Of a stretch of 64,000 nucleotides of DNA, positions 29,052 to 38,220 are shown in pieces. The stretch is taken from sequence record OR513085.1. One strand, written 5' to 3'. The notes below the pieces were generated by a model that had not been told where the DNA came from, made no database searches, and worked only from the letters and a program-made list of their open reading frames with translations. Position numbers and translations under genes: made by a program. Positions within the stretch are counted from its first letter, which is position 1. Each line of letters begins with the position of its first letter.

Positions 29052-29522
29052 ATGGAAACTATAACAGTCATAACAAGCCCAGTTCACAGAAGTATTTATG
29101 AAGTCAACATAGGCGTAAATAGCTACGACATTACTTATGTACAACAAAGCGGAACGTCAATACATAGAAACAAAGCTACAAATGATTTGTTGGAACTAAA
29201 TACTAACGATGAAGCTAAGCTAGAATTAGTTTGTGCGTACTTTAATGCCCTACGTAACTGGCAATTAGCATACATTAACGAAGACTATCTTACGTTTAAC
29301 ATTGGCAACTTATTAATTCCTGATACACTTAAGGAAAAGTTTATTGGCGAAGTACGTAAGCATACGCTAACTTCAATGTTTGGTACATTACAACTTATGG
29401 ATTCTATGAACATCAAAATTGAAGTTCCTCAATCAGAAGTTGTAGGCAGACCTTTGCTAAAATATGCTAAAGCTATCAACCACTACCACAACTACTGCAA
29501 ACAACAACTTAACAATGGATAA
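29052..29522 (+). CDS. Hypothetical protein
   Basis: 156-aa ORF. Confidence 0.65.
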   Translation: METITVITSPVHRSIYEVNIGVNSYDITYVQQSGTSIHRNKATNDLLELNTNDEAKLELVCAYFNALRNWQLAYINEDYLTFNIGNLLIPDTLKEKFIGEVRKHTLTSMFGTLQLMDSMNIKIEVPQSEVVGRPLLKYAKAINHYHNYCKQQLNNG

Positions 29523-30120
29523 ACAAAAACATACACCAAAGCTAATAGCTATTTTTGCTATAACTACTAACAACGTTATTGGTGACGTTAAGGATGGTCA
29601 GCATATCATGCCATGGCCTAGAATTAGCCAGGACATGAAAAGATTCAAGGCGCTAACTGATGGTCATGTTGTAGTAATGGGACGTAACACTTGGGATAGC
29701 CTAGGCTCCTATGCGCCATTACCAAATCGAACAAACATAATTGTTTCGCGTACGTTACGTTACACTGACGTTATGCATCACCCAAATACTTACGTTTTTG
29801 ATAGTATTGATGATGCTATAGCTTATGCTAAGGAAATTTGTGAGACTAATTTGCCTGAACTTGGTAGAAATGTTTACATCATGGGCGGCGGCCAAATATA
29901 CAGGCAGACTAAGGGCATTGTAGATCAGATTGAAGTTACTAATATTATAGCATGTCCTAATGTAGGTCCTGACACTGTAAAATTCAATTCATTCGAGGCA
30001 TACAAAGGATTTAAGCGTACAGAAACATCACCAGTATACAATATGACTGACAAAAGTACTGGTAAAAAGTTGGATTTTTATTTCTATACGGAGGTACGCG
30101 ATACCCAAAAATTGCCTTAA
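29515..30120 (+). CDS. folA: Dihydrofolate reductase
   Basis: AITTNNVIG, MPWPRISQDMKRFKALT, VVMGRNTWDSL, PLPNRTNIIVSR, IMGGGQIY. Confidence 0.95.
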   Translation: MDKQKHTPKLIAIFAITTNNVIGDVKDGQHIMPWPRISQDMKRFKALTDGHVVVMGRNTWDSLGSYAPLPNRTNIIVSRTLRYTDVMHHPNTYVFDSIDDAIAYAKEICETNLPELGRNVYIMGGGQIYRQTKGIVDQIEVTNIIACPNVGPDTVKFNSFEAYKGFKRTETSPVYNMTDKSTGKKLDFYFYTEVRDTQKLP

Positions 30121-30178
30121 ATTTTTGTACTTTAATATAACTTAACAAAATAATTTAAATACACAGATAAACACTACA

Positions 30179-30841
30179 ATGGCAAAAATCTTAAAAGAAA
30201 CTACAACAATTGACTTAGGCATAAAATATGCTGGCAAAGTATCAAAATCAATCACAGATACTTTCGCTGACCGACTTAACAACATTACAATCAATGCAAT
30301 CGTAACACAGTTTGCACATTCGCCAGAAGGTGCAAAAATTATGTTCATGGGTGTTGGCAAAAATTCATACCTTTCGCATAAACTTGCAGCTACTTGTCAG
30401 TCATTGAATATCAATGCAAACTACTTTGATTCTGTACATGCTATGCATGGTGACTTAGGCGCTTTACGTTCAGGTGATATTGTAATTGCGTTTTCAAAAT
30501 CTGGCAAAACTGCCGAGTTGCTTCACACTTTAGCTTACCTTAAAAAGCACAAAAAACATTTTGGTGTAACTACTGTAGGTGTTTTTGCATCAGATGATGA
30601 TTATAATTCTGAGGCGGTTACTTCAATGGAAATAACAAAAAACACAGACTACCAAATTTTGCTTAAATCATGCCAAGAATTGGACGACAACAAAACGGTA
30701 CCGACAACTTCAGCATTGGTTATGCAGGCAGTAGGCGACGTTATAGCATTACAAATTGCATCTAATAACGGCCTTACTACAGAACAATTTGGATTAACAC
30801 ACCCAGGCGGCTTAATTGGTGCAACACATAACAAAGACTAA
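30179..30841 (+). CDS. kdsD: Arabinose-5-phosphate isomerase (KdsD/GutQ SIS domain, no CBS)
   Basis: MGVGKN..KLAAT, AMHGDLG, SKSGKTAEL, VPTTS, GDVIA, FGLTHPGGLIG. Confidence 0.85.
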   Translation: MAKILKETTTIDLGIKYAGKVSKSITDTFADRLNNITINAIVTQFAHSPEGAKIMFMGVGKNSYLSHKLAATCQSLNINANYFDSVHAMHGDLGALRSGDIVIAFSKSGKTAELLHTLAYLKKHKKHFGVTTVGVFASDDDYNSEAVTSMEITKNTDYQILLKSCQELDDNKTVPTTSALVMQAVGDVIALQIASNNGLTTEQFGLTHPGGLIGATHNKD

Positions 30842-31087
30842 TGTGGCCTATAAAAGAAAACCTTAATTGCAAAAGTTAGGCATCATTTTGCACAAACCGA
30901 TCATTATGATGCCGAACTTGCTAAGTTATGCCTAGCACATATTAAACCACTTTGGGATAAAGAGCTTTGGCAAGAATGTAAAGATGAAGTCTACAAATTT
31001 TATGAAGGCTTAGACATCTCGATAGAAAAGGACATGATCCTTGCAAACCTAAATAAACGAATAAGATTAAAAACTACACATGACTAA
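30841..31087 (+). pseudogene. Frameshifted ORF of about 81 aa (MWPIKEN / LIAKVRHHF...)
   Basis: ATG overlaps the kdsD stop; one extra base near 30861-65; the shifted frame ends with an ATGACTAA overlap on the next gene. Confidence 0.5.
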
Positions 31088-31328
31088 ACAATACACCGTA
31101 GCGTATATGTCATTCTTTGACAATGACTTAAGACTTGCAGTAGTCGAAGCTACATCAGAACTTGAAGCTGCAAAGAAATTTTTGTATGACATAACTGATG
31201 ACAAATACAAACAAGGAGAACTTGATGAACAGGCTAGCGAAAACTATCCAAAAGACATGGAAGCTTTGAAAGAATATCATTTTAATGCTGACGCAGTTAT
31301 TAACGTTATCGAAATTCCGACTAAATAG
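31080..31328 (+). CDS. Hypothetical protein
   Basis: 82-aa ORF. Confidence 0.65.
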   Translation: MTKQYTVAYMSFFDNDLRLAVVEATSELEAAKKFLYDITDDKYKQGELDEQASENYPKDMEALKEYHFNADAVINVIEIPTK

Positions 31329-31393
31329 TCTAACAAATGCCGGTATTACTGCCGGCATTTGTGTATTTTAGCATTAAATTTAAAAATCTACAC

Positions 31394-33154
31394 ATGACAA
31401 ATCAAAAATTTGAAAATCTTATAATTGTAGCATCTGGTGCAGGTACTAGAATGGCTGAATATACAATGAACAACACAATTCCAAAGCTTCTTGTTAGTCT
31501 TGGAAACGAAACAATCTGGTCGTCTATGCTTAAAAACATTGACCGAGTTGCCGAATATGTTTTTGTTATTGCCAATAGTAAGCATATTCCAATGTTGCAA
31601 GAGGTTGCAAAACTTACATATCCTGAACAGGCTGAAAACATAATTTATGTTGATTACGATGAACAAGATGGTACAGCAAACACGATTGCTAAAACAGTTT
31701 CTGATAGAATGATTGATGGTACTACTTTGATAGTTTGGTCTGACATTCTTGAAGCTTCTACAGAATCTTTGTTACCGTTAACCAGTTCGTTATCTAAGCT
31801 TAAGGAATATGATGGCGATAATTTACAAGTATGTGTTATAGCAGACAGACAGCCAAGACACCGATTTAAAATTGATGGTTCTGTTATAGAAGAAGTTGCT
31901 GATGCTTCAGGTAACATTGTAGGCGCTTATGCTACTAACGAAATTGCAAAATTTGGAGCATGGTCAGGTTCTCATGGAAGAGGTTTAAGAGATTTTAAAT
32001 TTACTGGTGAAGTTCTAAGGCATAACCAGGACTTTATTTCGTTAGTCAAAGTTATGCATGAACGCGATGATTTACGTTCAATCAAAACTTTCTATGGTGA
32101 CTTTATTGATCTTGGTGATTCTGCAAAATACCAGGCATACATGGCTTCCAAGGAAATAAAAACTCGCTATTTCAACAAGCTAGAAATTGGTACTGACAGA
32201 GTTACTAAAACTGCCACTAATGCTAAAGGCAGAGCAGTTATGGCTAATGAGGCAAGTTTTTATATGTTCATGGAAAAGTCCGGATTTGACCAAATGTTTG
32301 CAGGAGTTATTGGAATGATTGGCGATAGTATTGAAGATGATATGTCTACTTTAGTACTTGAAAAGCTTGACAAAACAGTACACCAGCATATTACAGAACA
32401 TGTAGCTAATGTAAAGAATGTAGATAAACATGCATATACTGCAAGATCGTATGCTGCAAGGATAGCTTACAAAAACTTCAAGGAGTTTATGAAGCCTTTG
32501 CATACAGCAAATCCTGATCATTTTTTACCACAGTCGGATTTTTCAGATGATGTATTAACTAATGCTGCATGGAAGGAATACATTGAAGTAACTAGGTCAA
32601 GGTACGAATCAATCAAAGGATTGCTTTCAGCATCTGACATTATCAGGTTTAATGGCGAAGTTGTGCCAAGCTTTGACTATGTAATGGCTAAGCTAGAAGA
32701 CTACTTACGAAATTCAAACGTACTAAATTTAGGGCTTATCCATGGTGATACTAACACCGCAAATGTTATGATGGATTCCAAAGGCGCTATGAAGCTTATT
32801 GACCCTAGAGGAGTTTTTGGAGATATGCAATATGCAGGTGATACTAATTATGACCTAGCAAAATTCCTTTACGGCTTAACTGGCTACACTGACTTTAATG
32901 ATTCTACAGACTTCAAAGTTAAAAAGGATGGCACTTCGTTATATTGCGAATTATTCAACAAATTGCCATCACCTTGGTATGTTTGCCAGGATAACGAAGG
33001 TAACGACGACATTAATGCGGTTATCTTAGTAGGTCTTATTTGGCTTAAGCTTCCTGCTTACATTATCAACAATCCACTAAAATCGTTAGTAGCTTACTAC
33101 AAAGGCTTGACGTTGCTAAACAAAGCATTGAACGAATACGAATTTACAAGATAA
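31394..33154 (+). CDS. Sugar-nucleotidyltransferase fused to APH/choline-kinase-like phosphotransferase
   Basis: IIVASGAGTRM..PKLLVSLG; EQDGTA; C-terminal IHGDTNTANV, KLIDPRGVFG, YDLAK. Confidence 0.85.
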   Translation: MTNQKFENLIIVASGAGTRMAEYTMNNTIPKLLVSLGNETIWSSMLKNIDRVAEYVFVIANSKHIPMLQEVAKLTYPEQAENIIYVDYDEQDGTANTIAKTVSDRMIDGTTLIVWSDILEASTESLLPLTSSLSKLKEYDGDNLQVCVIADRQPRHRFKIDGSVIEEVADASGNIVGAYATNEIAKFGAWSGSHGRGLRDFKFTGEVLRHNQDFISLVKVMHERDDLRSIKTFYGDFIDLGDSAKYQAYMASKEIKTRYFNKLEIGTDRVTKTATNAKGRAVMANEASFYMFMEKSGFDQMFAGVIGMIGDSIEDDMSTLVLEKLDKTVHQHITEHVANVKNVDKHAYTARSYAARIAYKNFKEFMKPLHTANPDHFLPQSDFSDDVLTNAAWKEYIEVTRSRYESIKGLLSASDIIRFNGEVVPSFDYVMAKLEDYLRNSNVLNLGLIHGDTNTANVMMDSKGAMKLIDPRGVFGDMQYAGDTNYDLAKFLYGLTGYTDFNDSTDFKVKKDGTSLYCELFNKLPSPWYVCQDNEGNDDINAVILVGLIWLKLPAYIINNPLKSLVAYYKGLTLLNKALNEYEFTR

Positions 33155-33161
33155 AGCTTTG

Positions 33162-33194
33162 AAGCCAGAACATTCGGAACGTTCTGGCTTTTTT
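33162..33194 (+). terminator. Intrinsic terminator; late box TATACATA at 33196-33203
   Basis: AAGCCAGAAC / GTTCTGGCTTTTTT. Confidence 0.75.
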
Positions 33195-33230
33195 GTATAC
33201 ATAACAATATAACTAAACAAACATTACGTA

Positions 33231-36200
33231 ATGGCAAAATTTACAAAACTTGCTGGAGAAGTTGCTAAGCTTTACGACGGTAAAGTTACTGGCAGCATTA
33301 TCAAATTTGACAGTGAGGACGACTTATTTAAAGCAGCTGATGAAATTGCAGATCAGTTCGCATTTACAATGGACCAGGATAAACTGACCATCGAGTTCCT
33401 TAACGAAAACATTGACATAAAATTCCTTAAGCAATTTGCTTCTGCAATGGGAGTTTCTCAATTCACTAACGAATCAGTTGACAAACTTACGAAGCAAATA
33501 GGAATTAGCCTTAACGAGGCTGAAGTTGATACCGTTACTACGTTACTAAACAAAGTAGAAAGTCCTGAATATCCTGACGTTGCTAAAGTTGCGGCTGACC
33601 CTATGCAACAAATTGCTGATACTATTACAAACTCTGCAGCTACAGGTGCTACGTTAGATATTGTAGACGGTGAAAATTCTGCTAAACAAATTGTTATCAG
33701 AACTGATGATAAACTTATTGCAGCTACACCAACTGACATCGTAGCAATCAACGAATCAGCTTACGTACACTATGGAATGCATCAGCTTAACGAAAATGAA
33801 TACAATGCACTTAAAGCTTTGGAAGATGTTAATGCTAGACGTAGATTCCTTACAAGCATGGGTATCATGGACTTAGATGCCGATTCAATTTCAAAGAACT
33901 TGGAGTTGCTTAAACCTCTTCATCCTGACATGGATGCTAATGGGTTGCTTCCGCTAAATGAAGCTAACGTAACAATTATTAACGTAAGCAATGCTTTTGC
34001 TAACGAAGCCAGTAACGCTCTAGCTAATGTAGCTAATCTTTATGCTAAGTTTGTTAATGAAAACAATTCATGGACAGTTAAGTCTTACGATGCTGCTGAT
34101 GTTAAAGCTACTTTAGTTTCTGCAGGAATTCCTGCAAACGAAATTTTTATGAATGAGTCTAAAGACATGGACATCTACAACTTACAATCTAAAGTTGCAT
34201 TATTCTGTAAAAAGTCAGGACTTTCAGGAGCCGATGTACAAAAAGCTTTACTACTTGTTAACCTAGAAGCTAAAGAAGCTAAACCTAATTTTAGCAAATA
34301 CGTAAACATAAAGGACTCAATGCTAAACGAATCTGCCGATGCACAGGATGCTGAGGAAATGTTTGAACGTAAAAACAAAGCATATGCTAAAATGATTAGC
34401 AAAGACGGCCTAGCTGCTGAGCTTACTGAATTCCTAGCTTCTTTTGGAGAAAATGCTAAAGTTCCTGAGGATGGTTTAGTTGGTGAGTATGGTGAACTTT
34501 CTGCAGACTTGCAAGAAGGAATCAACAAATTCATGGAAGAGCGTGGTTACTTTGCTAATGAAAGTACTAATTGGACGCTTGATAAAAAATCAAAAGGTGA
34601 ATATAACGAATGGCATATTACTGGCGATGCACTAAACAAAGTAAAATCACGTGATGAAATTTTTGATGTATTACCTGAACTTAAAGGAATCTATAAAACA
34701 CTAATTGATTCTAAAAATGGACTAAAGTACAGCGACCGTGTTAAAGTTGGCAGCATTACAGTTACTGGTGATGATATGGGCGATATTTTAAATTTTCTTA
34801 AAGGTAACGGTTCACTAAATGAATCTGTTGATGCTAACGAGGAAATTGAAAGTGTATACAAATTTGAATCTATAAAAGACATTGAGGTTGCTGCTGCAGC
34901 TAAAGGTTATGTTTGCAAAGGACATTCAGGACAATCCGAATCTTCTGACAAGTATAAATTTGATATTCTAGCTAAAGGTGGCAAAAAATGTGCAATGGGT
35001 ATTTATGACAAAACTAAAAAAATTGCAATACTGGATGTTAACGATGAACATAAAGGTACCGCTTTACTAGAAGCTAAAATGATTAATGAAAGTTTCACTA
35101 ATGAATCTGCAGGCATTGAAAACTTATTCGCATCTATGGGAGCTACATTCAACAAAGAGTTACGTACAGATGGCACTTACAAATACCAAGTTACTGGCTT
35201 AGTAGGTTATGCTAACGAGGCTACTGAAGTACCAAACACTGCCGACCTCATCGCATTTGAAATTCTTAAATTGTACGGAAACTTCAAAGAAGCTACAAGG
35301 CTATCACGTTCAGTAGTTAAACAAGCGTTACGTAATGTTATTGATACATTGAAAGTTGATGACTCTTGGTTAACTGACGAATCTAAATTTATTTCGCTTT
35401 TTGAAGCTATTGATACTATGAGAGTAGACTTTGGCCCAATTGACGAATCTTCAAATTTGCCAACTAAAACAAGCGAATTAAAAATTAACGCATATGTAGC
35501 ATTTAAAAATAATGGTGCAAGAATATTTGGTAAAATTTCAGGCATAAAAGGTGACGAAGTTTCAGTAAAACTAACAAACGGCAAACAAATGCTAGTTGAT
35601 GCTAAAGATGTAATTTTAGGTCTTGAAAATTACGTTAATGAATCAATACCTCAGCAAGAAGCTAAGATTGCCGGAACTAAAGCTAAGATTGCTGAAATTA
35701 AATCAGAGGCTAAGGCTGCTTCGGCTAACGCATCTTCCAAAATTTCCACTGAAAAGGCTAAGTTAGTAAATGCCAGAGCTACTTTGAAAAACCTTAAAAA
35801 GTCAAAGTCGTTAAATGAGTCTAAAGCGCCTCAAGGAGTTGGAGGAAATGTTTATGTAGTACCAAACTCGTCTTTCCAAAATCCTTGGCTAACACATAAG
35901 CTTGAAACTTCACTAGGTATGCGAGGATATCAATTTGCTAACCAATTCAAGTCTGACATCGTAAACGCCGACATTATGGTTGACTATTATGTTGCAAAAG
36001 ACGACAAAGTTAGTGAAGTTTGTATGGACATGGAAGGTACTTCAAAACCTCAAAAGACTGAAATTATAGCTACACCAGTTTCAATTTACATTAACGAAAA
36101 CAATGTACTTTGTTTCAATGAAAATCCAATTCCTACAGAAATTGCAGAAAACGGGCAGATTGGTTCAGTAGCACAATTCAAGGAATATGCTAAATACATT

Positions 36201-36365
36201 CTGAGTGGTGGCATTCCTGGTGCAGATTCTGCATGCGAAGAGGGCCCAGTTACTCAGGAAGATATTGCAAAAATTGACAGTATTTGTGATGCTTGCGGTG
36301 AAAACTATGGTGCTATGATGGGTAAATTTGATGATTATCTTAGCCAGAAAGCTACTGTTAACTAA
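33231..36365 (+). CDS. 1044-aa late protein with about 18 xNE|S/A/N sites; probable internal head polyprotein
   Basis: Late promoter; motif density matches the protease scaffold. Confidence 0.7.
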   Translation: MAKFTKLAGEVAKLYDGKVTGSIIKFDSEDDLFKAADEIADQFAFTMDQDKLTIEFLNENIDIKFLKQFASAMGVSQFTNESVDKLTKQIGISLNEAEVDTVTTLLNKVESPEYPDVAKVAADPMQQIADTITNSAATGATLDIVDGENSAKQIVIRTDDKLIAATPTDIVAINESAYVHYGMHQLNENEYNALKALEDVNARRRFLTSMGIMDLDADSISKNLELLKPLHPDMDANGLLPLNEANVTIINVSNAFANEASNALANVANLYAKFVNENNSWTVKSYDAADVKATLVSAGIPANEIFMNESKDMDIYNLQSKVALFCKKSGLSGADVQKALLLVNLEAKEAKPNFSKYVNIKDSMLNESADAQDAEEMFERKNKAYAKMISKDGLAAELTEFLASFGENAKVPEDGLVGEYGELSADLQEGINKFMEERGYFANESTNWTLDKKSKGEYNEWHITGDALNKVKSRDEIFDVLPELKGIYKTLIDSKNGLKYSDRVKVGSITVTGDDMGDILNFLKGNGSLNESVDANEEIESVYKFESIKDIEVAAAAKGYVCKGHSGQSESSDKYKFDILAKGGKKCAMGIYDKTKKIAILDVNDEHKGTALLEAKMINESFTNESAGIENLFASMGATFNKELRTDGTYKYQVTGLVGYANEATEVPNTADLIAFEILKLYGNFKEATRLSRSVVKQALRNVIDTLKVDDSWLTDESKFISLFEAIDTMRVDFGPIDESSNLPTKTSELKINAYVAFKNNGARIFGKISGIKGDEVSVKLTNGKQMLVDAKDVILGLENYVNESIPQQEAKIAGTKAKIAEIKSEAKAASANASSKISTEKAKLVNARATLKNLKKSKSLNESKAPQGVGGNVYVVPNSSFQNPWLTHKLETSLGMRGYQFANQFKSDIVNADIMVDYYVAKDDKVSEVCMDMEGTSKPQKTEIIATPVSIYINENNVLCFNENPIPTEIAENGQIGSVAQFKEYAKYILSGGIPGADSACEEGPVTQEDIAKIDSICDACGENYGAMMGKFDDYLSQKATVN

Positions 36366-36575
36366 CATAACGTTCTGCTAACATAACGTAACAATTACAA
36401 AAGCCTGAACTAACATAACGTTCAGGCTTTTAAAACGTTCTACAATATTTTGCAAAAGCATTACTTACGTTAAACTATCGTTACGTTAAGCTTACGTTAC
36501 GTTAAACAACAAATTACGTTCGACTACATTTTGCAAAAGCTTACGTTACGTTCTACAACATTTAGCAAAATAATA
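36366..36575. repeat. ACGT-rich intergenic repeat element related to 10056-10240, containing a terminator (36399-36431)
   Basis: TAACATAACGT x3; shared CTACATTTTGCAAAAGC and CAACAAATTACGTT. Confidence 0.75.
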
Positions 36576-36598
36576 CATACTAAAACATAACAAATACA

Positions 36599-37900
36599 AT
36601 GTCAAATTACATAAATGAAGCAATGTCACTTAATGGCAAAGTGGCATATAACGAAGGCCAAGTAGCTTTCAAGACTAACACTGCATTCTCCATCATACAA
36701 CATTTAGCTTGGCAATACAACGACACTTACGTTGGTAGCGTTAAGACAGTTAAGCTACCTTACGAAATAAAAGCCAAAGCAGTTAAGCAACTTTCGTTAA
36801 ATGGAACGCCTTGCATTTTCAGAGAACTTGGCGAGCTTGAAACATTCAAATCTGTAGGTGAATTTGACTTCCTACAAATGGTTTATATGTTCACTGATAA
36901 ACCTGAATTACTACAATACATCGATCAATCTTACGTAGAATTTGGTGTTTTCTTACAAAATGGAAATTGGTGGTTTGTCGAAAAGCAAAACAATGCTAAG
37001 CTTTTTGAAGAGATTGACGAACTTAACGTAGGCTATTACAACCTAGACTTACCAACTGCTAAGCTACCAAAAACAATTTCAATGATTGATTCTGTTAGCC
37101 AAGGCAAAACCGCATTACGTACGTACGCAAAGGATAACGCTCTAACTGATTTTGTTATGTCAACGTTTACTACTCCAATGGCAGTGCAACTTAATGCGTA
37201 TCCTTCAATAGCTAAATTTGCATCGTTTGTACCAGATGCTAACGAATTTACTAATCAACTAATTGCGGTAGTTTTAAAAGAAGAAACTGAAGTTCCTTTC
37301 TTGCTAGACAAAACTTCTGAGCATATGATATTGTTAGTTTGTGTAGAGGGCGTAAACAAATGGTTCAAAATTTCGGCATCCGACGTTCTTGCAGCAATTA
37401 GTAAAAACCAGCAAAACTTTTTTGTAGATAGCGTTAAGAACTCACTAGAATCTAGTAGACTTAATGCAGGACTAAAATCAGAGGACTTATATGCTGCAAT
37501 TAAACGTTTACGTGCAGTAGCATTATTCAACAATTTGCTACAAGATACAGGCTTCTCAGGCTACTATTACGTTAAGAACAACTCACATACAATAAAGGCT
37601 GATGCATTTAACAAATTCAGTGTTAATTCTCAAGGCTATGTTAATCAGATTTTTAACGACAAGGATTTAGTACTTTACAAAGACACTATAATTTCATATA
37701 GCGCCGATCTTAAAGCTGGCATAGTAGTTATTGCATATCCTGGATTAAACCATACTTGCTACATAACTTCAATTGACCAACTACCAGAATTGCAAAATGA
37801 ATTCCTGGATGGCAATGCTAAATTGGACACCGTAGTTTCAATTTCCGACATTTACTTCAAGGACAACGGTTCCAAGAAGGGCGACAGTGGTAAAAAATAA
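36599..37900 (+). CDS. Late protein with MSNYINE|A leader
   Basis: 433-aa ORF; late box AATACATA 36572-79. Confidence 0.65.
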   Translation: MSNYINEAMSLNGKVAYNEGQVAFKTNTAFSIIQHLAWQYNDTYVGSVKTVKLPYEIKAKAVKQLSLNGTPCIFRELGELETFKSVGEFDFLQMVYMFTDKPELLQYIDQSYVEFGVFLQNGNWWFVEKQNNAKLFEEIDELNVGYYNLDLPTAKLPKTISMIDSVSQGKTALRTYAKDNALTDFVMSTFTTPMAVQLNAYPSIAKFASFVPDANEFTNQLIAVVLKEETEVPFLLDKTSEHMILLVCVEGVNKWFKISASDVLAAISKNQQNFFVDSVKNSLESSRLNAGLKSEDLYAAIKRLRAVALFNNLLQDTGFSGYYYVKNNSHTIKADAFNKFSVNSQGYVNQIFNDKDLVLYKDTIISYSADLKAGIVVIAYPGLNHTCYITSIDQLPELQNEFLDGNAKLDTVVSISDIYFKDNGSKKGDSGKK

Positions 37901-37963
37901 ACATAAATTTAATATGCCGAATATGCTTAGACTTAGCACAAATCATTCGGTTTTCTCAAATCC

Positions 37964-37986
37964 AAGCAGGCTTCGGCCTGCTTTTT
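37964..37986 (+). terminator. Intrinsic terminator
   Basis: AAGCAGGC-ttcg-GCCTGCTTTTT. Confidence 0.8.
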
Positions 37987-37998
37987 AAAGCTAAAATC

Positions 37999-38217
37999 AT
38001 GACACATGTACATATCACGGATTCCTGGATAATCCAAAACGTTAACAATCCAGAATTAGTATTAGAACGTTTTGAATTGCCTGAAGTAGCTTATGCAGTT
38101 ACTAAACTTACGCAAAGCATTGATGACGTTATTGCTAACAAAACGCTAAGCCAAGCAGAACGTATACATACAATATCCAACATAATCAAACAATACCACA
38201 GAGAACTGTACTCATAA
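37999..38217 (+). CDS. Hypothetical protein
   Basis: 72-aa ORF. Confidence 0.55.
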   Translation: MTHVHITDSWIIQNVNNPELVLERFELPEVAYAVTKLTQSIDDVIANKTLSQAERIHTISNIIKQYHRELYS

Positions 38218-38220
38218 ACT

